Assembly (NCBI GenBank): GCA_963804995.1
Contig: CAWDSK010000002.1
Coordinates: forward strand, 64,001-128,000
DNA length: 64,000 bases
Direction: 5' to 3'
Source of the DNA: an uncultured Acidobacteriota bacterium
GTDB lineage: Bacteria > Acidobacteriota > Terriglobia > UBA7540
Of this stretch, positions 11,443-21,768 are shown piece after piece. The notes under the pieces are model-generated. The model did not search any database, was not told the origin of the DNA, and was given only the letters and a program-made list of their open reading frames with translations. A program made the translations under genes and the position numbers. The stretch's first letter is position 1. Each line of letters begins with the position of its first letter.

Positions 11443-12717
11443 TCACACATTTTTCCGAGTGATTTTCGCGTTGCGGTATATGAAGTCCAGCGCTTTTTGA
11501 TTGCGGCGAGTAGACTTCAGTGTATCCAGCTTTCCTTCTTGTGTCAAGCGTGTCTTTAACTCCGCAGCGGTTATGCGGCGCTCCTGCGCGAGTTCCCGAA
11601 TCAAATCATCCACTTCCTCTTCCGCCAGCTCAATCTTTTCCGCCTCAGCCACCCGGGTGAGGATCAAGGCTACTCGTACTTCCTTTTCGGCATCAGGTTT
11701 GGCATCCTCTCGAACCTTGCGCCAATCCACCTGGGTTTCTCGCGGGTCGATCCCCTGGGAAATCAATTGCGTAAGCGTCCGCTCCATCTTGCGGTCCAGC
11801 TGCGTCTCAACCAGCGCCTCCGGCACAGGAAAATCATGCGCCTCCAGAAGTTTTTCTGCCAGCTTCTGCTTGCTGGTCATTTCCACCTGGCGTGCCGCCC
11901 GCTCTGTCAAGCCATGGCGCAGCTTAGTGCGCAACTCCTCCAGCGTCGCAAACTCGCTAACTGACTTGGCGAGCTCATCGTCAGCCGGGGGAACCACTTT
12001 CCTTTTGATGCTTTGGATCTCCACTCGGTAACTCAGGGTTTTCCCTGCCAGGGATTTTTGGGGGTAATCTTCCGGGTAACTCGCTTGGATTTCCCGGACC
12101 TCACCCGCCTTGGTGCCCTGCAGGTTTTCCGTGAAAGCAGCCACGGTTTGCTTACTGCCCAGGTGAACCACAGCGTCTCGGGCTTCCACTGGCGGACTTT
12201 GGGGTGAGTTCACGTCACGCCCATGGTAATTAACCGTGACATAATCATCGTCTTCGGCAGGACGGTCCATTACCACTTCGAAGGTGGCAGCCTGCTCGCG
12301 TAACTCCTCAACGGCTTTTTCCAAGTCGGCATCCGTAACGCTCGCCTTCTCCTCTTCGACTTCCAGTTCCTTGTAGGGCTTCAGCTCAAAATCCGGAAAG
12401 ATCTCAAAGATGGCTTTGCAGGTCAGGGGCTGGTCGTTTTCAAACTTCAAATCGTCGAAACGGGGCTCGCCCACGATCGCCCACTTCTGATCTTTCACGG
12501 CGTTTGTAAAAAACCGCGGAACCAGGTGTTGAACTACCTCACTGCGAATGTCGTCGCGAAAGTGCTCGCGAACTAGCTGGGTAGGCGCGCGCCCGGGGCG
12601 AAAACCGGGGATGCGTGCCCGCTTGGCGATCTGTGCAGCTACCGAATCCGTTTCGCGCTGCACCACGTCTACGGGAATCTCAATAGCGAGTTCTTTTTTG
12701 CAGGTTGTGGCTTCCAC
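11443..12717 (-). CDS. tig: Trigger factor
   Basis: IPGFRPGRAP ribosome-binding motif; upstream of clpP-clpX. Confidence 0.95.
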   Translation of the reverse strand: MEATTCKKELAIEIPVDVVQRETDSVAAQIAKRARIPGFRPGRAPTQLVREHFRDDIRSEVVQHLVPRFFTNAVKDQKWAIVGEPRFDDLKFENDQPLTCKAIFEIFPDFELKPYKELEVEEEKASVTDADLEKAVEELREQAATFEVVMDRPAEDDDYVTVNYHGRDVNSPQSPPVEARDAVVHLGSKQTVAAFTENLQGTKAGEVREIQASYPEDYPQKSLAGKTLSYRVEIQSIKRKVVPPADDELAKSVSEFATLEELRTKLRHGLTERAARQVEMTSKQKLAEKLLEAHDFPVPEALVETQLDRKMERTLTQLISQGIDPRETQVDWRKVREDAKPDAEKEVRVALILTRVAEAEKIELAEEEVDDLIRELAQERRITAAELKTRLTQEGKLDTLKSTRRNQKALDFIYRNAKITRKNV

Positions 12718-12849
12718 AATGCCTCAAAGGTTGATTAATCAAGGAGGTAAAATGCGGACGGCAGGGTTGGTACAGCACTAGCAATTCCGCTATGGTACCC
12801 CGAGTCCCACCTGGTAGGCGTCCGAGCCTCCTCAGACCCGAACTTCCTA

Positions 12850-12877
12850 AGTATAGCACACACCCTCACCCTGTCAA
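12850..12877 (-). promoter_or_regulatory. Sigma70-type promoter for tig-clpP-clpX-lon
   Basis: Minus strand TTGACA-16 nt-TATACT with extended TG. Confidence 0.7.
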
Positions 12878-12962
12878 CGTCCGCTGAACCTCCGACCCCA
12901 CCCGACAGTCCGAAGGTGCCAAACGGCTGCCTGGGTCCCCCTAAGACATTTTTCATACCCCC

Positions 12963-12990
12963 TTGACATTTCGAGAATTGAGTTTAGAGT
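12963..12990 (+). promoter_or_regulatory. Divergent sigma70-type promoter
   Basis: TTGACA-16 nt-TAGAGT. Confidence 0.5.
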
Positions 12991-13167
12991 GTAGACAGGC
13001 ATAGTAGCCAGTTTCGCCGCGTTATCGGCCAAGTAGGATTGCGGGGCGCACGGCTGCAGCGGGCAGTTCGAGTCGCCACGCCCCCTATCGTAACCGATCA
13101 CCCGGCCTGTATCCCTTCCAATGGTCTGCCTCCACGCCCGAGGAAGTGGGCGCGAAAGGAGGTCGCC

Positions 13168-13311
13168 GTGTTCCAGATGATTAACGAGGCTGCATCGGAG
13201 CCCCAAGACCGCAAGACTTTCTTCGTCAAGATTGGTATGTTTCTTGTGGCCTTAGCTGCGCTGGGCGGTGTAGTTTATTTCTTTGGGTTCGTTTCTTACG
13301 CGAATCATTAA
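13168..13311 (+). CDS. Small single-pass membrane protein (47 aa)
   Basis: AGGAGG RBS before GTG; hydrophobic IGMFLVALAALGGVVYFFGFV. Confidence 0.6.
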   Translation: MFQMINEAASEPQDRKTFFVKIGMFLVALAALGGVVYFFGFVSYANH

Positions 13312-14627
13312 GGTGGGGCGAGGGGAAACTGCTCTTCCACGAAGCGTAATGCCTCGGGGCGGGAGTGAATGCGCCCCTCCAACTGGGCATCCTCCACGGC
13401 TTGGAGGATTCTTTTGAAAATCGGGCCGGGATTATACCCCTGTGCGATCAAGTCGTTGCCGCTTACCAACGGTAGCGGCTTGATCTGTTCCTGCGGCGTT
13501 TCCGCCAGCATCTTCCGCGCCATTTCATAGTTCGTCAAATCGCCGTGACTAGCCAAGCAATCCAGCCGGTGGAGTTCCAGGTGTTCCGGGAATCCCTCCA
13601 TGCGCAAGAAACGAAGCTGGGTGGAGCGTTTCATACGGGGAAAATCCTTGAAGCGCAGATGGTGGCGCACGAGTTCCACCACTCGCTCCGCATCGCACGC
13701 CGAAAGCCGCATTCGTCCGCAGATCTCCTCAGCCATTTTCGCGCCCACTTCCACATGATTGTCAAATCGGATGCGCTCGCGGATAGCAAAAGTGGGTGGC
13801 TTGCCAACGTCGTGTAGCAACACGCCCAGCGCCAGCGTGGGGGTTGGGTGACGCAACTCCTCAAGCATCATCAGGGTGTGAATCCATACGTCGCCCTCGG
13901 GGTGAAATTCCGGCGGCTGCTCAACACCTTGCAGGCGCTTAATCTCCGGCAATACCTGTTCCAGTAACCCCGATTCATCCATCAGTTCGAACCCGCGCCG
14001 CGCTGGTCCTTCCGTAAGCAACTTCACGATCTCGTCGCGCACGCGCTCAGCGCTCACCCCGCGGATCTGGGCCGCTAACCGGCGAATTGCCGCCAGCACT
14101 GTGGGATCGATCTTGAGGTTAAAGCGTGCAGTAAAACGCACGGCGCGCAACATCCGCAAGTGGTCTTCGTTGAAGCGCTCCAGCGGGTCGCCAATTGTCC
14201 GCAGGCGGCGCGCGCGGATGTCTGCCTGCCCGCCCACAAAATCCAATACTTGTTCACTTGCCGGATCGTAGAGCAGGCCGTTGATCGTGAAGTCGCGTCG
14301 GCGCACGTCCTCCTGCGGGGTCTGGGAGTAGCGGACCTCGCGCGGGTGCCGCCCGTCTGCGTAAAGACCGTCGCTGCGAAACGTCGCCACCTCAACGTTG
14401 CCCGCCTCGCGCGGCACAATCACCACTCCGAACTGCGCGCCCACGGTGAGCGCGTCAGGATAAAGCTTCAGCACTTGGGGGGGCGTCGCGTCGGTGGCCA
14501 CGTCATAATCTTTGGGTTCGAGGCCCATCACCATGTCGCGCACACACCCGCCCACCAGGTAGGCCTGAAACCCTTCGGACCTGAGACGGCGCACAATCTC
14601 AGTGGCGACTTCACGCTTGGTATCCAT
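13308..14627 (-). CDS. CCA-adding enzyme / poly(A) polymerase family nucleotidyltransferase with HD domain
   Basis: LVGGCVRD, DYDVAT, RRDFTIN, EDHLRMLRAVRF, HPEGDVWIHT, LLHDVGKP; start moved to MDTKRE. Confidence 0.9.
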   Translation of the reverse strand: MDTKREVATEIVRRLRSEGFQAYLVGGCVRDMVMGLEPKDYDVATDATPPQVLKLYPDALTVGAQFGVVIVPREAGNVEVATFRSDGLYADGRHPREVRYSQTPQEDVRRRDFTINGLLYDPASEQVLDFVGGQADIRARRLRTIGDPLERFNEDHLRMLRAVRFTARFNLKIDPTVLAAIRRLAAQIRGVSAERVRDEIVKLLTEGPARRGFELMDESGLLEQVLPEIKRLQGVEQPPEFHPEGDVWIHTLMMLEELRHPTPTLALGVLLHDVGKPPTFAIRERIRFDNHVEVGAKMAEEICGRMRLSACDAERVVELVRHHLRFKDFPRMKRSTQLRFLRMEGFPEHLELHRLDCLASHGDLTNYEMARKMLAETPQEQIKPLPLVSGNDLIAQGYNPGPIFKRILQAVEDAQLEGRIHSRPEALRFVEEQFPLAPP

Positions 14628-14739
14628 CAGGCCTATTACATCCGAGGATGGGCGTCTCTGCAAGTGTTCTGGCAATGGCCGCGGTGGAATTTACTCGGGT
14701 GAGAGGGAGGTTGGCTACCCGCGGTGTGATAACCCGAGG

Positions 14740-15288
14740 CTAACGTGACTGCAGCGCCTCTTCGATGCTGCGCAGCATAAAAACATCTTCCTGGTTATAA
14801 GCCAGCACCTCGTTCTTTAATTGCTCTTCTTGCGTGGCTTCGTATTTCTTCCAGGTTTCGTCTGCCCACTTGCCATCTTTGCCCGGAAGCTTGCGCTTTA
14901 GTCCCAGGCTCTGCTCAACCACCTTCTGCCCTCCCCAGAATCCTTTACGCCAGCACTCGGGGCACAGGTCAACGTGCTTGAACTCTTCGTCCAGCACTAC
15001 TCCGAGTTGTGCTGCGATGACGGGGAAATCGAATCCGGTGTAACCCTTCACTTTATCGGGAATCGACCGCCCATTGTAAGTCACCAGCCGATCTACTCCC
15101 TTGAGCACCAGCATCAAATTGGCCTTCGTCGCATCTTTCCCCACAAGCTGGATGAAGGAGTCGTTCCCACCTTCCAGAATCCGCACACCGATAACCGTGA
15201 TCTGGTGGTGCTTGCAGTCCTTGAACAGCCGCTGGTCGGTGAACTTACCCACGTAGCGTGTTTCGATATCAAGGTAAGCGGTTTTCAT
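14740..15288 (-). CDS. RNase H-fold DEDDy 3'-5' exonuclease (YprB/RNase_H_2-like)
   Basis: ExoI YLDIET, ExoII TYNG...FDFPVI, ExoIII YNQEDV. Confidence 0.8.
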   Translation of the reverse strand: MKTAYLDIETRYVGKFTDQRLFKDCKHHQITVIGVRILEGGNDSFIQLVGKDATKANLMLVLKGVDRLVTYNGRSIPDKVKGYTGFDFPVIAAQLGVVLDEEFKHVDLCPECWRKGFWGGQKVVEQSLGLKRKLPGKDGKWADETWKKYEATQEEQLKNEVLAYNQEDVFMLRSIEEALQSR

Positions 15289-15354
15289 GTCTGCTCCCAG
15301 ACTCATTCCAGTCTACTCCCCTCGGACGCCGCGGCGACAGAGGATGGAGTGGCT

Positions 15355-16563
15355 TTACTCGCGCCCCAGGAACTCACGCCTCTTGCGGGTTTTCGCCTGC
15401 TGGCCTGACTCAACGGAGCGCGCCAGTTGCACGGCATCAAATCCGAACTTTTCCCGAACTTTGTCAGCGGCCTTAAGCACTTTGTCAAGCTTCTCATGCT
15501 GTGCGGCATCGATCAGGCTGCGCTGAAAAGCGGCGCGCCCCAGGTTTGACGATCGCACCCCCACCAGGCGAATCTTCTGCTTGCCGTTCCAGGCATTCTC
15601 AAACAGCCGCAGCACGCTGGCAAAAATGACGGAGTCAAGGTTGGTGGGTTCATCCAGAGTCAGGTCGCGAGTCAGGGTTTTGAATGGGGCGAAACGCAGC
15701 TTCAATCCCACGGTGCGCGCGAAGAGGCGGTGATCGCGCAGGCGGCGGCCCACGAGTTGTGCGAGATAGGAAAGCGTACGCTCAACTTCCTCCGGGTTGT
15801 CGATATCCGTGTCGAAGGTGGTCTCGTGGGAGATTGACTTCGGCTCCTCTTCGTACTGGTAGGCTTCGATATCCAGGCCGCAGGACTTGGTGTAAAGCCA
15901 ATCGCCGAATTTCCCAAAGCGCTCGCGGAGTTTGTCGCGCCCCATCTGCTGCAAGTCGCCAATGGTGACGATGCCAAGCGAGCGGAGTTCCGGCTCCGTG
16001 ACTTTTCCGATTCCCGGCATGCGACGGATGGGCAGAGGGGCCAGGAACGCCGCCTCGCAACCGGGCAGCACATAAAGCAAGCCGTGGGGCTTCGCCTGAT
16101 CCGACGCGATTTTGGAAACCAGGTGCAACGTCGAAAGGCCAATCGAGCAATTCAGGTCGGTTCGTTCCTTAATGGTGCGAATCAAGCGGTCGGCACCTCG
16201 AAACGCCGAACCGTGCAGGCGCTCGCACCCGGTCAAATCGAGGTAAGCTTCATCAATCGAAACCATTTCGACAACGGGAGTGAACTCTTCGAATATTATG
16301 TGGATCTTCCGCGAATACTCCCCGTACTTCCGGTGCTGACCGCGCAGAAAAATGGCATGCGGGCAGAGCTGCTTGGCAGTGCGAATCGGCATGGCGGAAT
16401 GCACACCAAACTTGCGCGCCTCGTAGCTTGCGGCCGCCACCACACCGCGCCCGTCGGGGTCAGCCCCCACAATGACAGCGTTACCTTTGAGGGAGGGATC
16501 TTCCAGTTCCTCAACGGAAACGAAAAACGCATCCATGTCGACGTGCAAGATTTGGCGCAACAT
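15355..16563 (-). CDS. dinB: DNA polymerase IV
   Basis: HVDMDAFFVSVE, AASYEARKFGV, SIDEAYLD. Confidence 0.95.
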   Translation of the reverse strand: MLRQILHVDMDAFFVSVEELEDPSLKGNAVIVGADPDGRGVVAAASYEARKFGVHSAMPIRTAKQLCPHAIFLRGQHRKYGEYSRKIHIIFEEFTPVVEMVSIDEAYLDLTGCERLHGSAFRGADRLIRTIKERTDLNCSIGLSTLHLVSKIASDQAKPHGLLYVLPGCEAAFLAPLPIRRMPGIGKVTEPELRSLGIVTIGDLQQMGRDKLRERFGKFGDWLYTKSCGLDIEAYQYEEEPKSISHETTFDTDIDNPEEVERTLSYLAQLVGRRLRDHRLFARTVGLKLRFAPFKTLTRDLTLDEPTNLDSVIFASVLRLFENAWNGKQKIRLVGVRSSNLGRAAFQRSLIDAAQHEKLDKVLKAADKVREKFGFDAVQLARSVESGQQAKTRKRREFLGRE

Positions 16564-16564
16564 C

Positions 16565-16798
16565 GTCCGTAGTCCGTTGTCAGTAGTCCGTTGCTCGTAG
16601 CCGGTGGTCCGCTCAGATTACCACTCCCAAGGGGAGAAGGCTTCAATAGATAAAGACGAGAATTGGATAAGCGTCCTCACCGGGGGAGAATCCATGATTA
16701 GGGTCGATACTCGTTACCCACATAATCCCAATGAACAGCGGGATGGGCGCAAAAAAAAGGAGTGCTTGGCTACTGACAACGGACCACTGACTACGGAC
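16565..16798. repeat. Inverted 7-bp arrays (GTCCGTN / NACGGAC) enclosing ~170 bp
   Basis: gtccgta gtccgtt gtcagta gtccgtt ... tactgac aacggac cactgac tacggac. Confidence 0.7.
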
Positions 16799-17672
16799 GC
16801 CCTTTCCTCGCGCTCACGACGCGCGGGATTCCCGCCAGATCGGGCACCACTTCGATTTCGTCCCATTCGCCGCACAGTAGCGCCAGCACGCGGTCGCGCA
16901 TATTGTAGCCAATCTCGACAACTATGTATCCGCCCGGCTTGAGCGCCTGGAGCGCCTGGGGAAACAAGCGCGCATAAATCTCCTCCCCGCGCTCGAGGTC
17001 GCCACCCCAGGCGAGGCGTGGCTCAAACTCCCGCACTTCGCGCTGCACCATGTCCACTTCGTGCTTGCCGACGTAAGGAGGATTTGAAACCACGAAGTCG
17101 AATGTCCCGGCAAAGTCCGGCTCAAGCAGCCGCCCCAGCAGATCGCTTTCCAGGAACTTGACGCGCTCCGGCAACTTCAGTCGCACGGCGTTGCGCGAAG
17201 CCACCACCAGTGCGGGGCGCGAGATATCGGCGCCGAACAGAATCGCGCGGGAGAATTCAGAAGCGAGCGCCAGCGCCACGCATCCTGAGCCCGTGCCCAC
17301 ATCCACGATGCGCAGGCGCGCGTCCTTGGCGTGGGCCTGCCGGCGCGCCAGCTCGAGCACACGCTCGACTGTGTGTTCGGTCTCCGGCCGCGGGATCAAC
17401 ACGTCCGGCGTCACCTCAAAATCCAATCCCCAGAATTCCTGATGCCCTGTGATGTACTGCGTAGGCCTGCCCGTGGCGCGTTCCGCGATCAATTGGGAAT
17501 AGCGTTCTAGGACCTCGGGAGGCACCTCCTCCTCCGGGTGGGCGTGGAGGTAGGCACGGTCGCATGCCAAGACGTGCATCAGCAGCAGCTCTGCGGCAAG
17601 CTGCGATGAAGGCACCTGATGGGAGAGAAGGGTCTGGAGTCCTTGCCGAAGTGTGGCGCGGAGTGGAGGCAT
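16791..17672 (-). CDS. prmC: Release factor glutamine methyltransferase
   Basis: VLIPRPETE, DVGTGSG, SNPPY; downstream of prfA. Confidence 0.95.
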   Translation of the reverse strand: MPPLRATLRQGLQTLLSHQVPSSQLAAELLLMHVLACDRAYLHAHPEEEVPPEVLERYSQLIAERATGRPTQYITGHQEFWGLDFEVTPDVLIPRPETEHTVERVLELARRQAHAKDARLRIVDVGTGSGCVALALASEFSRAILFGADISRPALVVASRNAVRLKLPERVKFLESDLLGRLLEPDFAGTFDFVVSNPPYVGKHEVDMVQREVREFEPRLAWGGDLERGEEIYARLFPQALQALKPGGYIVVEIGYNMRDRVLALLCGEWDEIEVVPDLAGIPRVVSARKGRP

Positions 17673-17817
17673 TGTCGATTGCCGATTTTCGATTGTCGAT
17701 TGACGATGGCGCCAGAGGAACCTTCAGTCTTCGGTTCTCAGTTTCAATGAGAGGCGTTTACTGACTACAGAGGACTGACGACTTCCCATCGATAATCGGC
17801 AATCGACAATCGGCAAT
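17670..17817. repeat. Inverted 7-bp arrays (GATTGNC / GNCAATC) with a second degenerate array inside
   Basis: attgtc gattgcc gattttc gattgtc gattgac ... gataatc ggcaatc gacaatc ggcaatt. Confidence 0.75.
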
Positions 17818-17818
17818 T

Positions 17819-18940
17819 CTATCCGGCGAGCGCGGCGGGCGGCTGGTCCTCCTTGGGTTCCCGCGTGGCTGGTCGCTTCAGCTTCTCAGCCTGATAGTGG
17901 GCAATAAGCGCTTCGATGATGTCGTCGATTTTGCCGTCGATGACCCGGTCGAGCTGATGAAGCGTCAAACCGATGCGATGATCCGTGACGCGATTCTGGG
18001 GGAAATTATAAGTCCGGATTTTCTCGCTGCGGTCGCCCGTGCCGATCATCGAGCGGCGCTCCTCGGTGATCTGCTTCTGTTGCTGCTGGAGCTCCAATTC
18101 GTAGAGCCGCGAGCGCAGGACGCGCAACCCCTTGGCGCGGTTCTTGATCTGCGATTTCTCGTCCTGGCAGGAGACGATTGTCCCGGTCGGCAAGTGCGTG
18201 ATGCGTACGGCGGAATACGTAGTGTTCACCGACTGCCCGCCCGGCCCCGAGGAGCAGAACGTATCAATGCGAAGGTCTTTGGGATCGATCTGGATATCCA
18301 CTTCGTCCGCTTCGGGGAGCACGGCCACGGTGATGGCGGAGGTGTGAATGCGTCCTTGCTGCTCCGTTGCCGGAACGCGCTGCACGCGGTGCACGCCGCT
18401 TTCGTACTTGAGCTTGCTGTAAACCTTCTGGCCTTCGACGAGAGCGATGACTTCCTTCAGTCCCCCGACCGCCGACAGGCTGGTGGAGAGCACTTCCACC
18501 CGCCAGCGTTGCGTCTCGGCGTAGCGGGTGTACATGCGGAAGATTTCCTGCGCGAAGAGGGTGGCCTCATCACCGCCCGTGCCGGCGCGGATTTCCAGTA
18601 CTACGTTCTTCTCGTCATTGGGATCTCTGGGCATCAGCAGGATGTTGAGTTCCTGTTCCACCGTCTCCTGGCGCTTTTCGAGTTCCAGCAGCTCCTCGTG
18701 GGCCATCGCTTTCATCTCGGGGTCGGAGGAAGATTCTTCCACCAGAGTTTTGGTGTCCTTGACCGCCTTGTGGACTGTCTTCCACTCCCGGAATTTCTCG
18801 ACAACCTCGGTGAGGTCCGCGCGCGCCTTGGCGGTCTTCTGGTAGACGGAGGGATCCGCCAACACCTCGGCCTTGCCGAGCTGCTCCGTCAGCCCCTCGT
18901 ACTGTGCTTCGATTTCCGCCAGCTTGTCCAAATAATGCAT
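17819..18940 (-). CDS. prfA: Peptide chain release factor 1
   Basis: RVPATE (PxT), [24 protein letters not shown]. Confidence 0.97.
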   Translation of the reverse strand: MHYLDKLAEIEAQYEGLTEQLGKAEVLADPSVYQKTAKARADLTEVVEKFREWKTVHKAVKDTKTLVEESSSDPEMKAMAHEELLELEKRQETVEQELNILLMPRDPNDEKNVVLEIRAGTGGDEATLFAQEIFRMYTRYAETQRWRVEVLSTSLSAVGGLKEVIALVEGQKVYSKLKYESGVHRVQRVPATEQQGRIHTSAITVAVLPEADEVDIQIDPKDLRIDTFCSSGPGGQSVNTTYSAVRITHLPTGTIVSCQDEKSQIKNRAKGLRVLRSRLYELELQQQQKQITEERRSMIGTGDRSEKIRTYNFPQNRVTDHRIGLTLHQLDRVIDGKIDDIIEALIAHYQAEKLKRPATREPKEDQPPAALAG

Positions 18941-19036
18941 GGCGAGTCAGTCGTCCTCTTCTATTAGTCCTTGCGGGACGAAACTCGAATCTCGCAATGG
19001 GTTTCGAATTCCGCTTTGCGATGACGGCCAGCGTCC

Positions 19037-20056
19037 CTAAGCGACCACCAGCTCGCCGCCACGATTCTGCTCAAGCGCCATCGCTGTTTCGAGGGCCTTG
19101 ATAGCCGTTTCAAGCTGACTGTCATCCGGCTCACGAGTCGTGACCCGCTGTAGCCACAGGCCCGGCTGCGATGCCCAATCCCATAGCTTGCCTTTGGAGC
19201 GCGCCGCAAAGCGGATGAACTCATAGGAAACGCCGGCGATTACCGGCAGCAGAACAATTCGCCCCAGGAATCGCAGCGCGAAGGAATGAAAAGGCAGGAA
19301 CATGTAAAGCACCATGGCGATGAACATCACGACCAGAAGAAAACTCGTTCCGCAGCGGGGATGGAAACGCGTGCAGGCGCGCGCCGCCGCCACGTCAATC
19401 GGGCCGCGTTTTTCAAAAGCCCACACCACCTTGTGCTCGGCGCCGTGGTACTCAAATACCCGCTGGATTTCCTTCCACTGCGCGATGAGGACAAGGAAAA
19501 CCAGGAACAACGCGATTCGAATCGTTCCGTCAATCAGGTTGAAAGTCACGTTGTTGTCAGTGCGCGGATAGTGGTGCGTTACCACCGTGGCCAGATACAG
19601 GGGAACGAGTTTGTAAAGGACGATGAAAAAAACCAGCGAGAACGCGATATTGAGCGCCAGTATCCAGCCGCTCAGCTCAGTTTTCTTTTCCGGTTTGGTC
19701 TCAGCGGAATTTGCTGCTTCCGGGTTCTCCAGTGCCTGCTCAGCGGAGTAGCGCAAGGCGCGAATCCCCAGCACCATCGCCTGGCCCAGTACCCCCAATC
19801 CCCGAAGTACGGGGTACTTCAACCAGGGGTGCTTATCCGACGGGCGGTCCAGGTATTCCTGCGTCACGGCCAGCGAACCACTGGGCTGCCGCACCGCCAC
19901 AGCGTAGGAATGCGGCGAGCGCATCATCACCCCTTCGATGACCGCTTGGCCCCCCATCAGAACCTCTTCCGGCGCCTGGAGGAGTGGGAGCGCCATCAGC
20001 CGCAGAACCTGACGCGCCGTCGCTTTAAAGTCGGTTAATATGGAAATCATTAACAA
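19037..20056 (-). CDS. DUF1385 (YqhQ-like) membrane protein
   Basis: GGQAVIEGVMMR, YHGAEHK, HPRCGTSF, TTREPD; usual neighbour of prfA/prmC. Confidence 0.9.
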   Translation of the reverse strand: MLMISILTDFKATARQVLRLMALPLLQAPEEVLMGGQAVIEGVMMRSPHSYAVAVRQPSGSLAVTQEYLDRPSDKHPWLKYPVLRGLGVLGQAMVLGIRALRYSAEQALENPEAANSAETKPEKKTELSGWILALNIAFSLVFFIVLYKLVPLYLATVVTHHYPRTDNNVTFNLIDGTIRIALFLVFLVLIAQWKEIQRVFEYHGAEHKVVWAFEKRGPIDVAAARACTRFHPRCGTSFLLVVMFIAMVLYMFLPFHSFALRFLGRIVLLPVIAGVSYEFIRFAARSKGKLWDWASQPGLWLQRVTTREPDDSQLETAIKALETAMALEQNRGGELVVA

Positions 20057-20371
20057 TTCGTCTCGCCCGGCCCCGGGGCTTCACACCTCGCCAGTCATTT
20101 CGTGGATGTAACCCCTATTTCTGAAGGTTACGGGAAGCACACCAAGCCCATACGCCAGAATAACTACAATTCCCAGGGGTGTCAAATCACGGGCGCCTGA
20201 TCAGGACGCCCCAGCTAGGGCGCGCCACCCCTAAACAATTTGGCCTGCTCCCCGCCATCAAAAGTGGTCTTTTTGGGGGCCCTGTGGTACAAAAGTGAGA
20301 GTGGGTTGGTTCGGGCTTCTTCACCGGCGGCTTTGGACGCGACAAACTCCATTTACCTAGGACCTTGACGG

Positions 20372-21637
20372 ATGCCGAGGATTCGAAAAGACGTTCTTCC
20401 CAACGGGCTCACGGTTCTCACCGAGTCCATGCCAGCAGTCCGCTCGGTTTCCATCGGCATCTGGTTACGCACGGGCTCACGTCAAGAGAGCATTGAGGAA
20501 AACGGCGTCTCGCATTTCATTGAGCACATGCTTTTCAAGGGGACGAAGAACCGCAGCGCGGAGCAGATCGCGCGCGCCGCGGACTCCATTGGCGGCCAAC
20601 TGGATGCCTTCACCGCCAAGGAGACCACGGGCTTTTCGGTCAAGGTCCTGGATGAGCACCTGCCGCGGGCCTTTGCCATTCTCGCCGACCTGGTGAAAAA
20701 CCCGCTTTTCGAGCCCGCGCACATCACCAATGAATGCCGGGTCATCCGGGAAGAAATCAAGATGGTCGAGGATACACCCGACAACCTGGTGCACGAGATC
20801 TTTACGCAAACTTATTGGCGCGGGCATGCGCTGGGCCGTCCGATTCTGGGCACGCGCCACACCGTGGGCAGCTTCGATCGCAAACAACTGGTCAGCTATT
20901 TTCGCCGGCACTACACGCCCAACAACATGTTGATTGCGGCGGCCGGTCATCTCCGGCATGGTCAGGTGGTGGACCTGATCGCAAAAGAATTTGGTGATCA
21001 GCCGGCGGGCCCTCGCGTCAAGGGCGGCCCCGTCCCCGTGCCGCATCCGCACATTCAGGTGCGGCACAAGAAAGATCTCGAGCAGGTGCATCTTTGCCTG
21101 GGGGCCCCCTCCTATCCCCAGCCGCATAAGAACCGGTACCCCTCTTACATCCTGAATTCCGTGCTGGGCGGCGGCATGAGCTCGCGCTTGTTTCAGAATA
21201 TCCGCGAGAAGCGCGGGTTGGCTTACGCCGTCTTTTCCAGCCTGAGCAGTTTTCACGATGCGGGATGCCTGAGTGTTTATGCGGGCACGGCCACCGACAA
21301 AGCACGCAAGGTCATCGACCTGGTATTGGCGGAATTCTGCGAACTGAAAGCCAATCCCATCAGTGTGGAAGAGTTGCAACGCGCCAAGGACTACCTGAAA
21401 GGCAGCCTGCTGCTGAGCCTCGAGTCGTCCACCAGCCGCATGGGAAACGTGGCCCGGCAGGAAATGTACTTCGGCCATTACACCACTCAGGACGAGATCG
21501 CCCGCCGCGTGGACGCTGTCACTGCCGAGCAAGTGCTGGCAGTGGCGCGGGAGTTCTTTCATCCCGACCGCCTGGCCATCACTGTGCTCGGGCCGCTCAA
21601 CGGCTTCAAGCTCTCGCGCGCCGACCTCGCCTGCTGA
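20372..21637 (+). CDS. M16 family zinc peptidase
   Basis: HFIEHMLFKGT (HxxEH), LGGGMSSRLFQNIREKRGLAY. Confidence 0.93.
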   Translation: MPRIRKDVLPNGLTVLTESMPAVRSVSIGIWLRTGSRQESIEENGVSHFIEHMLFKGTKNRSAEQIARAADSIGGQLDAFTAKETTGFSVKVLDEHLPRAFAILADLVKNPLFEPAHITNECRVIREEIKMVEDTPDNLVHEIFTQTYWRGHALGRPILGTRHTVGSFDRKQLVSYFRRHYTPNNMLIAAAGHLRHGQVVDLIAKEFGDQPAGPRVKGGPVPVPHPHIQVRHKKDLEQVHLCLGAPSYPQPHKNRYPSYILNSVLGGGMSSRLFQNIREKRGLAYAVFSSLSSFHDAGCLSVYAGTATDKARKVIDLVLAEFCELKANPISVEELQRAKDYLKGSLLLSLESSTSRMGNVARQEMYFGHYTTQDEIARRVDAVTAEQVLAVAREFFHPDRLAITVLGPLNGFKLSRADLAC

Positions 21638-21768
21638 AACAACCCCCCCGCTGTTGGTCGCACCACGGCCCCAAATTGCTGTCCAGAAACCAGGGTGATA
21701 AACTGGAATTGCCGGGGATATGGCCCTGCCATCTCTCGGGCGGCCCAAAATCAATTCGAGGTGTAAAC

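Noticed and set aside
13040..13090. Canonical tRNA gene near tig
   Set aside because: T-loop-like motif only; too short, no D or anticodon arm
16604..16942. ORF between the heptamer arms as a cargo gene
   Set aside because: Runs antisense into prmC and through repeats; no recognisable motif
21265..21768. N-terminal extensions in the ORF track (also 23196, 40916, 53075, 55454, 59817)
   Set aside because: Overlap neighbours or intergenic DNA; downstream starts have RBS or family-typical N-termini
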